This document shows, one piece after another, positions 57,039 through 64,000 of a stretch of 64,000 nucleotides of DNA. Source of the stretch: a virus (taxonomy: Duplodnaviria; Caudoviricetes); the IMG/VR virus record IMGVR_UViG_3300000203_000004, positions 1 through 64,000 of that record; one strand, 5' to 3'. The notes under the pieces are model-generated. The model saw nothing but the letters and a program-made list of their open reading frames with translations, ran no database searches and had not been told where the DNA came from. Position numbers and translations under genes: made by a program. Every line of letters starts with the position of its first letter. Within the stretch, counting starts at the first letter, position 1.

Positions 57039-57161
57039 ATTAAATTGTCTCGAACCCTGTTAATTCAGGCTATGCACCCTCACCAGATGCCAACGCCGCC
57101 TGGCGTTCAGAGGTTAGTTCCTCATTTTGTAACACCCTTTATTGGGATGCTGGTCGATATT

Positions 57162-57236
57162 TGGTACCTAGCGTTGGTTTCGATCCAACTACAGCTCGCT
57201 TATCGGGCGAGTACCTCCCCATTCGGTCTGCTAGGC
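57162..57236 (-). tRNA. tRNA-Ile(GAT)
   Basis: Loop CCGATAA. Confidence 0.82.
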
Positions 57237-57872
57237 ATTTGTTTGTTTTCTCCCTGGCCGCCATCCTTCTGGCACCAGCGAGTCCTTTCGGATCTTTTTA
57301 CTTTCTATCCCATTGGATATCCATTTAGTACCGTACTGACTATTTCCTTCCCCACGCTGATGGACTGCGCTTTTCTCTCCTATCGCAAGTTTGGTATTTT
57401 CAGAATGCAGTCGGCCGTCAAACGTCCCTTTAGGGAATTTCTCCATACGAGCGATAGCCCCTAAATGCTGTATTTTTCTCCAGCGATCAAGATGTTTCGC
57501 TATATTGTTATCATTTTTTGCAAACGTTTTCCACCCCGTCTGGTGTGTTTCACGCGACTTTCCGCCACGATTCAAACCAGTTTTATTTAAGTAGTCGAAC
57601 CCACCGAATCCGCCTCGTCGCAAATTATAAGTATCTGATCTTGCAAGGAATTCATCAGTGACGACCTCTTTTTCTCTGCGAAACATTGCCTCGGAATTAT
57701 CGAAGGTCTCTCTTATTGTCTTGGTGAAGTTTTCAAGGCCATTTTTCTGTATGGCTCGTTGAATAACTTTCCCGGACCCCATATAGCCGTCATCCATGTT
57801 TTTTGTTTTATGGACGCCGACATATATTTTGTCGTTGAGGTTGTTTTTGATTTCGTATAGATAGTAGAACAT
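57231..57872 (-). CDS. GIY-YIG (Seg-like) homing endonuclease
   Basis: YYLYEI.N..KIYVGVH...YMGSG; YNL..GG.GG; NSQYGTKWI. Confidence 0.88.
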   Translation of the reverse strand: MFYYLYEIKNNLNDKIYVGVHKTKNMDDGYMGSGKVIQRAIQKNGLENFTKTIRETFDNSEAMFRREKEVVTDEFLARSDTYNLRRGGFGGFDYLNKTGLNRGGKSRETHQTGWKTFAKNDNNIAKHLDRWRKIQHLGAIARMEKFPKGTFDGRLHSENTKLAIGEKSAVHQRGEGNSQYGTKWISNGIESKKIRKDSLVPEGWRPGRKQTNA

Positions 57873-57902
57873 AATGTATTTAGTCCTATTCTCCAAAAAG
57901 TG

Positions 57903-57974
57903 CATACCCCCAAGGACTCGAACCTTGTCATGCGCGTTTGGAGTGCGCTGTGCTGCCATTAACACTAGGGGCAT
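57903..57974 (-). tRNA. tRNA-Trp(CCA), no encoded CCA
   Basis: Loop CTCCAAA. Confidence 0.82.
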
Positions 57975-57981
57975 ATAAACT

Positions 57982-58055
57982 TGGCACCCGACTGTGGTAA
58001 CGCTCCACATTATCTAGTTTCAGAGACTAGCGCCGCACTTTATGGCTCATCGGGT
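57982..58055 (-). tRNA. tRNA-Gln(CTG)
   Basis: Loop CTCTGAA. Confidence 0.78.
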
Positions 58056-58060
58056 ATAGT

Positions 58061-58146
58061 TGGCACACCGGGAAGGACTTGAACCTCCATAGTCTTTCGA
58101 CCGTCACGTTCAAAGCGTGATGCGGCTACCATTTCGCCACCGATGT
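58061..58146 (-). tRNA. tRNA with Gln(TTG) anticodon and long V-arm
   Basis: Loop CTTTGAA; V-arm GGTC-GAAA-GACT; G73. Confidence 0.82.
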
Positions 58147-58612
58147 ATATTTGCTATTCTGAAACACTCTGCCTTCTCGCTATATGACCGCTGTTACGAG
58201 CTATCAATCGGACTCGCACCGAATCAGAATGTTTTAGAATAGTGCGTGTTGCCACGCACTATGATAGGGTTGATACCCTACCCAGTGATTTTAATCTCTG
58301 CGTTATCGCCGCAGATTTCATCCTACTGTCCGCCCGTTTGCTCCATGTTTTAAGTGCAGAGCGAGGACCTCGTTTCCTCATATTCACACTATTACTCCGC
58401 AAGAACCGATTCTGGTATCCTCTTTCTTGCTTCTAAATGCTCTAAAGCACGTTCTAACTTGTTTAGGATCAATCGCTTGACCTGTTCACTTGTCAGTTTA
58501 TGCTCTGAGCACCATTTTTGTTTTTCTGTCAAATTCTTTTCCTTCATTTATTATAACATATTTTCGATTTTTCGTCTATCGATTTTTTGCTATGTTGTTT
58601 TTTGTTCACATA

Positions 58613-58650
58613 GCAAAAAACCCTGAGACTTTTGCAAGTTCTCAGGGTTT
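58613..58650 (-). terminator. intrinsic terminator (attenuator) upstream of tRNA array
   Basis: AAACCCTGAGAACTT-GCAA-AAGTCTCAGGG-TTTTTT. Confidence 0.85.
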
Positions 58651-58674
58651 GACGATGTTTTAACTATGTGCTAG

Positions 58675-58839
58675 TTAATCATCCCACCCCTCAAACTGAT
58701 CACCTTCTTTACCATTACCGCGCCCAATATTTCTTGAGGCTGCTGGCGCTGTCACTGGATACATACCTGTAAACGCCTCTGCCGATAAGGGCCAGAGCGA
58801 TGTATGTTGTATTAGCTGGTGACAAGCAAAGTTTTTCAT
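58675..58839 (-). CDS. putative leader peptide (54 aa, all 20 amino acids)
   Basis: MKNFACHQLIQHTSLWPLSAEAFTGMYPVTAPAASRNIGRGNGKEGDQFEGWDD*; stop 24 nt before terminator. Confidence 0.6.
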   Translation of the reverse strand: MKNFACHQLIQHTSLWPLSAEAFTGMYPVTAPAASRNIGRGNGKEGDQFEGWDD

Positions 58840-58887
58840 TGTAATCTATTTAGTCCTTGTTTCGTTAAAGTATCAATTTATGTGTCT

Positions 58888-58916
58888 ATTATAGCAGTTT
58901 TTCGATTAAATGTCAA
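58888..58916 (-). promoter_or_regulatory. sigma70 promoter upstream of leader/attenuator
   Basis: TTGACA-17-TATAAT; second TTGACT-17-TACAAT at ~58969-58997; CTAAATA at ~58847-58853. Confidence 0.75.
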
Positions 58917-59025
58917 CCTTTTGTGAATCTATTTACCCGAAAGCTACTTTTCTCACTTTCTAAACGCTATTGTAGCACAGAGTCGAATTAAAGTCAACCG
59001 CAGCCTATGGTCTGGTGTCCGAAAG

Positions 59026-59922
59026 CTACTTTTGGTTAAGTTTTCGTATCTGCTCGACTAACGGATACACACCATCCGCGATGGGGTTCGGACCGAATTC
59101 AACAGTCTCCATGTACACCTCTGTGGCATACTTCTTTGTTCGCACATCATCTAAATAGTCATGCAGTAATCTATTCCAATATTGGACAATGCCCGAAGAA
59201 GCACCTTCTGGCAGCACTACAAGGTATCCTTCCCCGGATTGCCACGACTTGTATTTTTTGTTAAGGCTCGGAACGTTGAAGGCAGTGTCATGTTGTGAGA
59301 TGATCGCCAGAAGTTTGAGCTTTCCTGAAGATATGAATTGTATAGCAATGCTAATTGGCACCACAGCAACATCCACGTGCCCGGACACAACATCCATCAT
59401 CGCCGGCGCTCCGCCTTTGTACCCGATGACTAATGGTTCCGGTTGATCAATTCGTCGTGTATTAATAAATAGTTGGCTGAGAAGTACCTGTTGGTTAGGG
59501 GATCCGTACCCAAATGAGAGGCGCGTGGATGAGACTTTAAGCTCATTTTCCAGATCCTCATAAGTTTGTAATTTATTGTTTGGCCCGGCGACAAACGCCA
59601 TGATCGAAGCATGTGTCATAGACACATAAGTAAACTGATAGCTAGGGTTTGCTGCTCGGTGCGTGGCAACTGTGGCGAGAGTGCCAAACACCACAGTAGT
59701 CTCACGGTTGCCGGCGACAGCGGCATTCATACCTATCAACCCGTTAGCGCCACCTTTGTATTGCGGAGTAAGTTCGGTGCCATGCTCGGATGCATATTTT
59801 TGAAAATGTCTGAAACTTATATCAGCACCTCCTCCGGGAGTGAACGGTATAATTACATCAAAATGTGCAGCCGATGCTAGAGTAGAAATAGTTATAAGGA
59901 GAAGAAGTATTAATTTTTTCAT
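59026..59922 (-). CDS. TctC/Bug-family substrate-binding protein
   Basis: Signal peptide; PFTPGGGAD; YKGGAPAM.DV..GHVD. Confidence 0.85.
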   Translation of the reverse strand: MKKLILLLLITISTLASAAHFDVIIPFTPGGGADISFRHFQKYASEHGTELTPQYKGGANGLIGMNAAVAGNRETTVVFGTLATVATHRAANPSYQFTYVSMTHASIMAFVAGPNNKLQTYEDLENELKVSSTRLSFGYGSPNQQVLLSQLFINTRRIDQPEPLVIGYKGGAPAMMDVVSGHVDVAVVPISIAIQFISSGKLKLLAIISQHDTAFNVPSLNKKYKSWQSGEGYLVVLPEGASSGIVQYWNRLLHDYLDDVRTKKYATEVYMETVEFGPNPIADGVYPLVEQIRKLNQK

Positions 59923-59928
59923 CGTGTT

Positions 59929-61065
59929 TTATACATCAAGGGTTCTTATATAAAATGATTCAGTCATTTGATTAGCTAACCCGGTTTTCTTAATAAACCG
60001 GTCATCTACTTCAGCTAACCTAGCAGAAGCCTCGTTAACAAAAACTTTCTTAACGTCGGCGAACTCCGGGTGTTCGTAGAACCAAAAGAATTTGTCAGAT
60101 CGGTCTATTGCGGTCGGCTTATCCGCCTGAAAGCGATAATCCCACGTAGAGTAACACATATTTTTAACAGTATTATTCTGATGTTGTCCAGTGATGTTGT
60201 TTATTGATTGGTCCCAGAGTGGAGCAGTAGCCCACTTGAGGTACTTTCTGGAGTCCTTATTCGTGTTGTAATATTGACTTGTTTGAAAAGCCATCTCAAA
60301 CGTCAGAAGAGGAAGCTCCGGAGACCAATAAAACGCTTCACCAGAGTCCGGGTCTGCAACACCGGAAAAAACCATACGAACAGCAAAATCAGAAAATTGC
60401 ATCCAAACCTTGTTTGATTCATCTACATGTAGTATAGGTTTATCTATTCCCCATATATGGCCCACCGAGACGCCCTTAGCAGCCAAGTAAGGATCAGAAT
60501 CAGATACTAGGTTGTATGCTAATAACGCGCCGCCTCGCACGTGATCTGCTTGGCCCACCAATGACTCCATATCAAATTTATCAGGATCTCGCCCATAATC
60601 CTTAATGGTTATTTTTATGTCGGGCCTGTTGCTTACTATCCATTCAAGTATTGGCTTGATCGCGTAATCCCATTCACTCCAGTAATTCCTGGACCCCTTA
60701 TCAGAGGTATTTGGACTATAGATAGTAGAACCTAGCAGTGCCTTGGGCCACCGAACACATATTTCATCTAACTTTATATTGTTGTCAATATAAGTGCGTA
60801 ATATGTTGTGACTATCCGAACCACCCGAGTAATACAAAATCAAATATTGATATTTGTCTCTAAGTTGTTGTGCCCGCTCTTTGTATAAAAGATTCAGTGG
60901 TTGCTTCCCTAACCAGGTTCTGTCAAATTCTCGCCAAATATCATTGTGATACTTAAATTCAATATTAGTCTTATGGACCGAAGCGTGATATAACGCTTCG
61001 AACTTGTTAAAGAACTTGACTCTGTTAGATTCCCAGTAACCGTATTTTTCAGTTGGTGTGATCAT
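59929..61065 (-). CDS. PP-loop protein (paralogue of 32697-33842)
   Basis: YKERAQQLRDKY.YLILYYSGGSDS; GIDKP. Confidence 0.78.
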   Translation of the reverse strand: MITPTEKYGYWESNRVKFFNKFEALYHASVHKTNIEFKYHNDIWREFDRTWLGKQPLNLLYKERAQQLRDKYQYLILYYSGGSDSHNILRTYIDNNIKLDEICVRWPKALLGSTIYSPNTSDKGSRNYWSEWDYAIKPILEWIVSNRPDIKITIKDYGRDPDKFDMESLVGQADHVRGGALLAYNLVSDSDPYLAAKGVSVGHIWGIDKPILHVDESNKVWMQFSDFAVRMVFSGVADPDSGEAFYWSPELPLLTFEMAFQTSQYYNTNKDSRKYLKWATAPLWDQSINNITGQHQNNTVKNMCYSTWDYRFQADKPTAIDRSDKFFWFYEHPEFADVKKVFVNEASARLAEVDDRFIKKTGLANQMTESFYIRTLDV

Positions 61066-61381
61066 ACTCTATTTATCATCACCCCCTGACATATTTTAAT
61101 TATCGCGGGTTCATCACCAGTGCTATCTTCCAATCTCCCCAGCAATGCGTGTGTTCGGCTGAGGTCAAGACCCAATGCAGAGAAAGCATACGGAATTTCC
61201 TTTATAAAAGGCTGTTCGATAAACTTGCTCTGTTCTAACCACTCGGGGAGTTTACTGATTATGAAACCCCCTTGTACCACGCCGTGAATACTATGAATGT
61301 CTTGACCATCCCCCGCTCACTCTGGCAAAATCTTGTACTTGCGCCAGAGTAAAAATATCAGTTGTAGTAAATGTAGTCGTG

Positions 61382-61849
61382 CTATGCGTAAATAATTACA
61401 TCAAATCCTTCTGTCATCGATGGCTCTTGCCAGTTGGCCCGCATGCTTTCCATAACATACTTCGGAATTTCCTTTCCCGGACGCGATGCCAACCGACGAG
61501 TGAGTTCTGCCTCATCCGGTGTACGGAACACCACAGCGATAACCTCATAGTTAGATGGCAGCATGCGAAACTTCTTTGCGCGAGACGGAACTGTCGTGGA
61601 AGTTTGATCCCATACAATGTCGTGCCCCTTCTTCACCGCGTCAGTGACAACCAGTGCCATGTACTTAACTGCATCGGGCATTACTTCTTTGAATACTTCG
61701 GAATAGGTCATGCCGACCAGCGCGGCAGCACGATCAACGTAGTCATCCGTGCTGGCGACTACAGTACGAGACCAATCAAAGTTTTGAGACTTGATCCAGG
61801 TGGACTTACCCGAGCCCGGAACGCCCACTAATATGTAACATTTTGCCAT
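61382..61849 (-). CDS. AAA_33 / polynucleotide-kinase-like P-loop kinase
   Basis: LVGVPGSGKST, STD, WDQT, RLASR, EGFD. Confidence 0.82.
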   Translation of the reverse strand: MAKCYILVGVPGSGKSTWIKSQNFDWSRTVVASTDDYVDRAAALVGMTYSEVFKEVMPDAVKYMALVVTDAVKKGHDIVWDQTSTTVPSRAKKFRMLPSNYEVIAVVFRTPDEAELTRRLASRPGKEIPKYVMESMRANWQEPSMTEGFDVIIYA

Positions 61850-61880
61850 ACGAGTATTATAGCAGAAAGTCCATTTAATG

Positions 61881-62201
61881 TCAAACCCTGAATGATTCTC
61901 CACACCCGCAACGATCACGCTCATTTGGATTCCGAAACTCAAACCCCTCATTGAGTCCCTGACGAACATAGTCAACTTCAAGTCCGTCGACATATACCAT
62001 ACTCTTAGGATCTACAAATAGCTTACAGCCGTTGCAGTCGTAGCATTGATCATCTGCGTTTGGAGTATCGACGTACTCCAGAACATATGCCAGACCAGAG
62101 CATCCTGTAGTTTTTACGCCGATGCGAAGACCCTCGCCGTGACCTCGCTTGGCAAGTGTCTGCGTTACTTTACGGGCTGCTTGAACAGTGATCGTGATCA
62201 T
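61881..62201 (-). CDS. iscA: Fe-S cluster assembly protein IscA
   Basis: GVKTTGCSGLAY; GLNEGF.F.NPN..DRCGCGESF. Confidence 0.93.
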   Translation of the reverse strand: MITITVQAARKVTQTLAKRGHGEGLRIGVKTTGCSGLAYVLEYVDTPNADDQCYDCNGCKLFVDPKSMVYVDGLEVDYVRQGLNEGFEFRNPNERDRCGCGESFRV

Positions 62202-62398
62202 TTGACTACCAGATGCCCGGTGACTGCCATGATTGCCATTACGGGACCGGCGATGTGTTCGCCAATCTCATATAGTGCCCACAGCGTCAGGGCAGCAGAC
62301 CACCATGGGTTTGACTCTGCTTTTTTTCCGAGCCACATAAAGAACCGGCCGTGCATACGACCGATTCCGTTTGCGAAATTTACAATAGGTTTAAACAT
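62198..62398 (-). CDS. small membrane protein
   Basis: Hydrophobic C-terminal half. Confidence 0.55.
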   Translation of the reverse strand: MFKPIVNFANGIGRMHGRFFMWLGKKAESNPWWSAALTLWALYEIGEHIAGPVMAIMAVTGHLVVK

Positions 62399-62774
62399 GA
62401 TTCTTTTTATAGTCTGCGATTGCTGCTTTGATAGCATCCTCAGCAAGAATACTACAGTGTAGCTTAACTGGAGGCAGTGCGAGTTCTTCAGCGATTTCTC
62501 GGTTGGTGATAAGGACGGCCTCTTCCATTGTCTTACCCTTGATCCATTCAGTGACCAGTGAAGATGATGCGATTGCTGATCCGCATCCGTATGTCTAGAA
62601 CTTTGCGTCAGTGATGATTTGGGTCAGCGGATCGATTTTGAGTTGTATCCGCATCACATCTCCACACGCCGGGGCACCTACCATTCCTGTTGCGATATCC
62701 GGATCATCTTTGGGAAATGATCCTACATTGCGCGGATTTTCATAATGGTCAATGACGCGGGCTGAATAACTCAT
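62391..62774 (-). CDS. iscU: Fe-S scaffold IscU with in-frame TAG at 62595-62597
   Basis: DHYENPRNVG...GAPACGDVM...DAKF*TYGCGSAIASSS...LPPVKLHCS.LAEDAI. Confidence 0.9.
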
Positions 62775-63411
62775 ATAATACCTCTAATGTTATAGAACAT
62801 TTAATACCTTTTTTTACATTACTGATGGCTGGAATAAATTCCAAATTGTGAATACTTCCTATTACCTCAGGGGGTACTTTTTGGTTGAATCCTTCAGTGA
62901 TACTATATTTATGATCCAGATGAAATCCGTTTTTACTACGTTTATCATTGTTAGGTAAGCTTGTTAGGTTATTCTTGTTTGTCCAATAATAAACTTTACG
63001 TCTATATTTTTTGAACTCTATATATTCAGGGTCGTCAGGTTTCCAGGATATTCCACGATCAATTTTAGTCTGGATCGCCTTGGCAGTTGATTCCGGTTTC
63101 ACTATTTTACCAGTCAAGGCACGTGATCGTTTTTCATTAGAAGTTGGGGAGTGTTTTTTACCTTTCCAGTAATCTCTAACTAAGTTAGATATACTATTGG
63201 TATTCACTTGCGTCATGCCAAACATCGGGTTGTGTTCGCCTTGTTTTGCATTGGACGCTTTTTTACGCCAGGATGCTGACCTGTTGTTGGCCATCCAACG
63301 CCTTGAACATATTGCACCACAGAATTGTCGAGTAAGTGCTTTTTTATTTTCTCGAATAGAGAATGATATTCCGCAGTGTTTACATATTTTATCTATCATT
63401 AGGACTTTCAT
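62749..63411 (-). CDS. HNH-like homing endonuclease with NUMOD3
   Basis: NPMFG; FHLDHKYSI..GF...I.NLE.I...N..K. Confidence 0.78.
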   Translation of the reverse strand: MKVLMIDKICKHCGISFSIRENKKALTRQFCGAICSRRWMANNRSASWRKKASNAKQGEHNPMFGMTQVNTNSISNLVRDYWKGKKHSPTSNEKRSRALTGKIVKPESTAKAIQTKIDRGISWKPDDPEYIEFKKYRRKVYYWTNKNNLTSLPNNDKRSKNGFHLDHKYSITEGFNQKVPPEVIGSIHNLEFIPAISNVKKGIKCSITLEVLYELFSPRH

Positions 63412-63770
63412 ATTGTTCTATTATTTAGTCCTTTAACGAAATATTTACGTTAACGTGCAGCAAACTTAGAACGAGGGGTAACCTTGTCCTTCGGTTGCAC
63501 TGGCGCCTGCTGTTGTTTTGTAAGATGCTTGAGTAGCATACCGGGCTTGGCCATCATCTGCTTAATGAGTTGCATGCCTGAGCCGGGACGATTTAGATTT
63601 GGCATTTTATTTCCAGAAAAAAAGGATTGCTTTCAGTTTATCAATGTATTTTTGAAGATACTTTGTCTGAATGTTCTTGGCGAACGCTGGTTGTGGGAAG
63701 TTCCATCCGATGAATGCACCGATGAAGATGTAAAATAATGTTTCTAACATAAAGACTCCTTAGTCAGTAT

Positions 63771-64000
63771 TTAGTCATCAACGTCTGATTGTTCAGCGGA
63801 TATCCAACCTAACTTTCGCAGGTCTTCGCGTATCTCGTCAGTTATGACACCTTCACCTACATACGCCCGAGATTCTTTGTACGCGATTTGCCGATCAACT
63901 GTCAATTCATTGAATTCCAGAGGATCCATTTCTTCACGGTCGCCGATGCCAGTGCAATACCAGTCAACGTAATCTCCTTCTTGTCGCATATCAGCGATGA
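63771..64000 (-). CDS. hypothetical protein (5'-truncated)
   Basis: GDY.DWYC.G...EG.ITDEI..DL..LGW. Confidence 0.6.
   Translation of the reverse strand, partial: IADMRQEGDYVDWYCTGIGDREEMDPLEFNELTVDRQIAYKESRAYVGEGVITDEIREDLRKLGWISAEQSDVDD

Noticed and set aside
48745-58626. Numerous 60-140 aa ORFs called across the tRNA array (e.g. 53787-54155, 54788-55108, 56340-56630, 55782-56078)
   Set aside because: They are shadows of tRNA/ncRNA genes with no protein motifs or ribosome-binding sites
62595-62597. Genome-wide TAG recoding
   Set aside because: Other long genes are uninterrupted, TAG terminates genes such as nadV, and no CUA-anticodon tRNA was seen

Overview
Segment of a large tailed-phage genome (T4-like/jumbo type). 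Supporting features are dense short ORFs, sigma70 TTGACA-17-TATAAT early promoters, (A/C)TAAATA late-type promoters, about 15 free-standing homing endonuclease genes (HEGs), and no rRNA or host housekeeping operons. Bases 1-20 kb run mostly on the + strand: NAD+ salvage (NadV, NadM-Nudix), macrodomain, SleB hydrolase, metallophosphoesterase, MazG-like, PBP/S11 peptidase, HAD nucleotidase, IF-1, ErpA and tail-fibre-like genes. Bases 20-64 kb run mostly on the - strand: early hypotheticals, radical SAM / PP-loop / TctC(Bug) modules, a DUF2828 TROVE-vWA (Ro60-like) gene, RpoZ, an RNase P RNA, about 53 tRNA genes covering all 20 amino acids (45.3-58.1 kb), SpeD, a PNK-like kinase, IscA and IscU. 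The most notable feature is a family of 13 small RNAs. They share one covarying closing helix plus a C(A/U)GCA motif but carry different cargo: a YrlA-like permuted tRNA body, or isolated anticodon stem-loops (Lys-UUU, Met-CAU, Tyr-GUA, Pro-UGG). Four copies lie directly upstream of the Ro60-like gene and nine lie inside the tRNA array, suggesting a modular Y-RNA-like / tRNA-decoy system. The tRNA array is also preceded by a 54-codon leader ORF containing all 20 amino acids, coupled to a classical terminator/antiterminator pair. All calls are by eye; no database searches were run.
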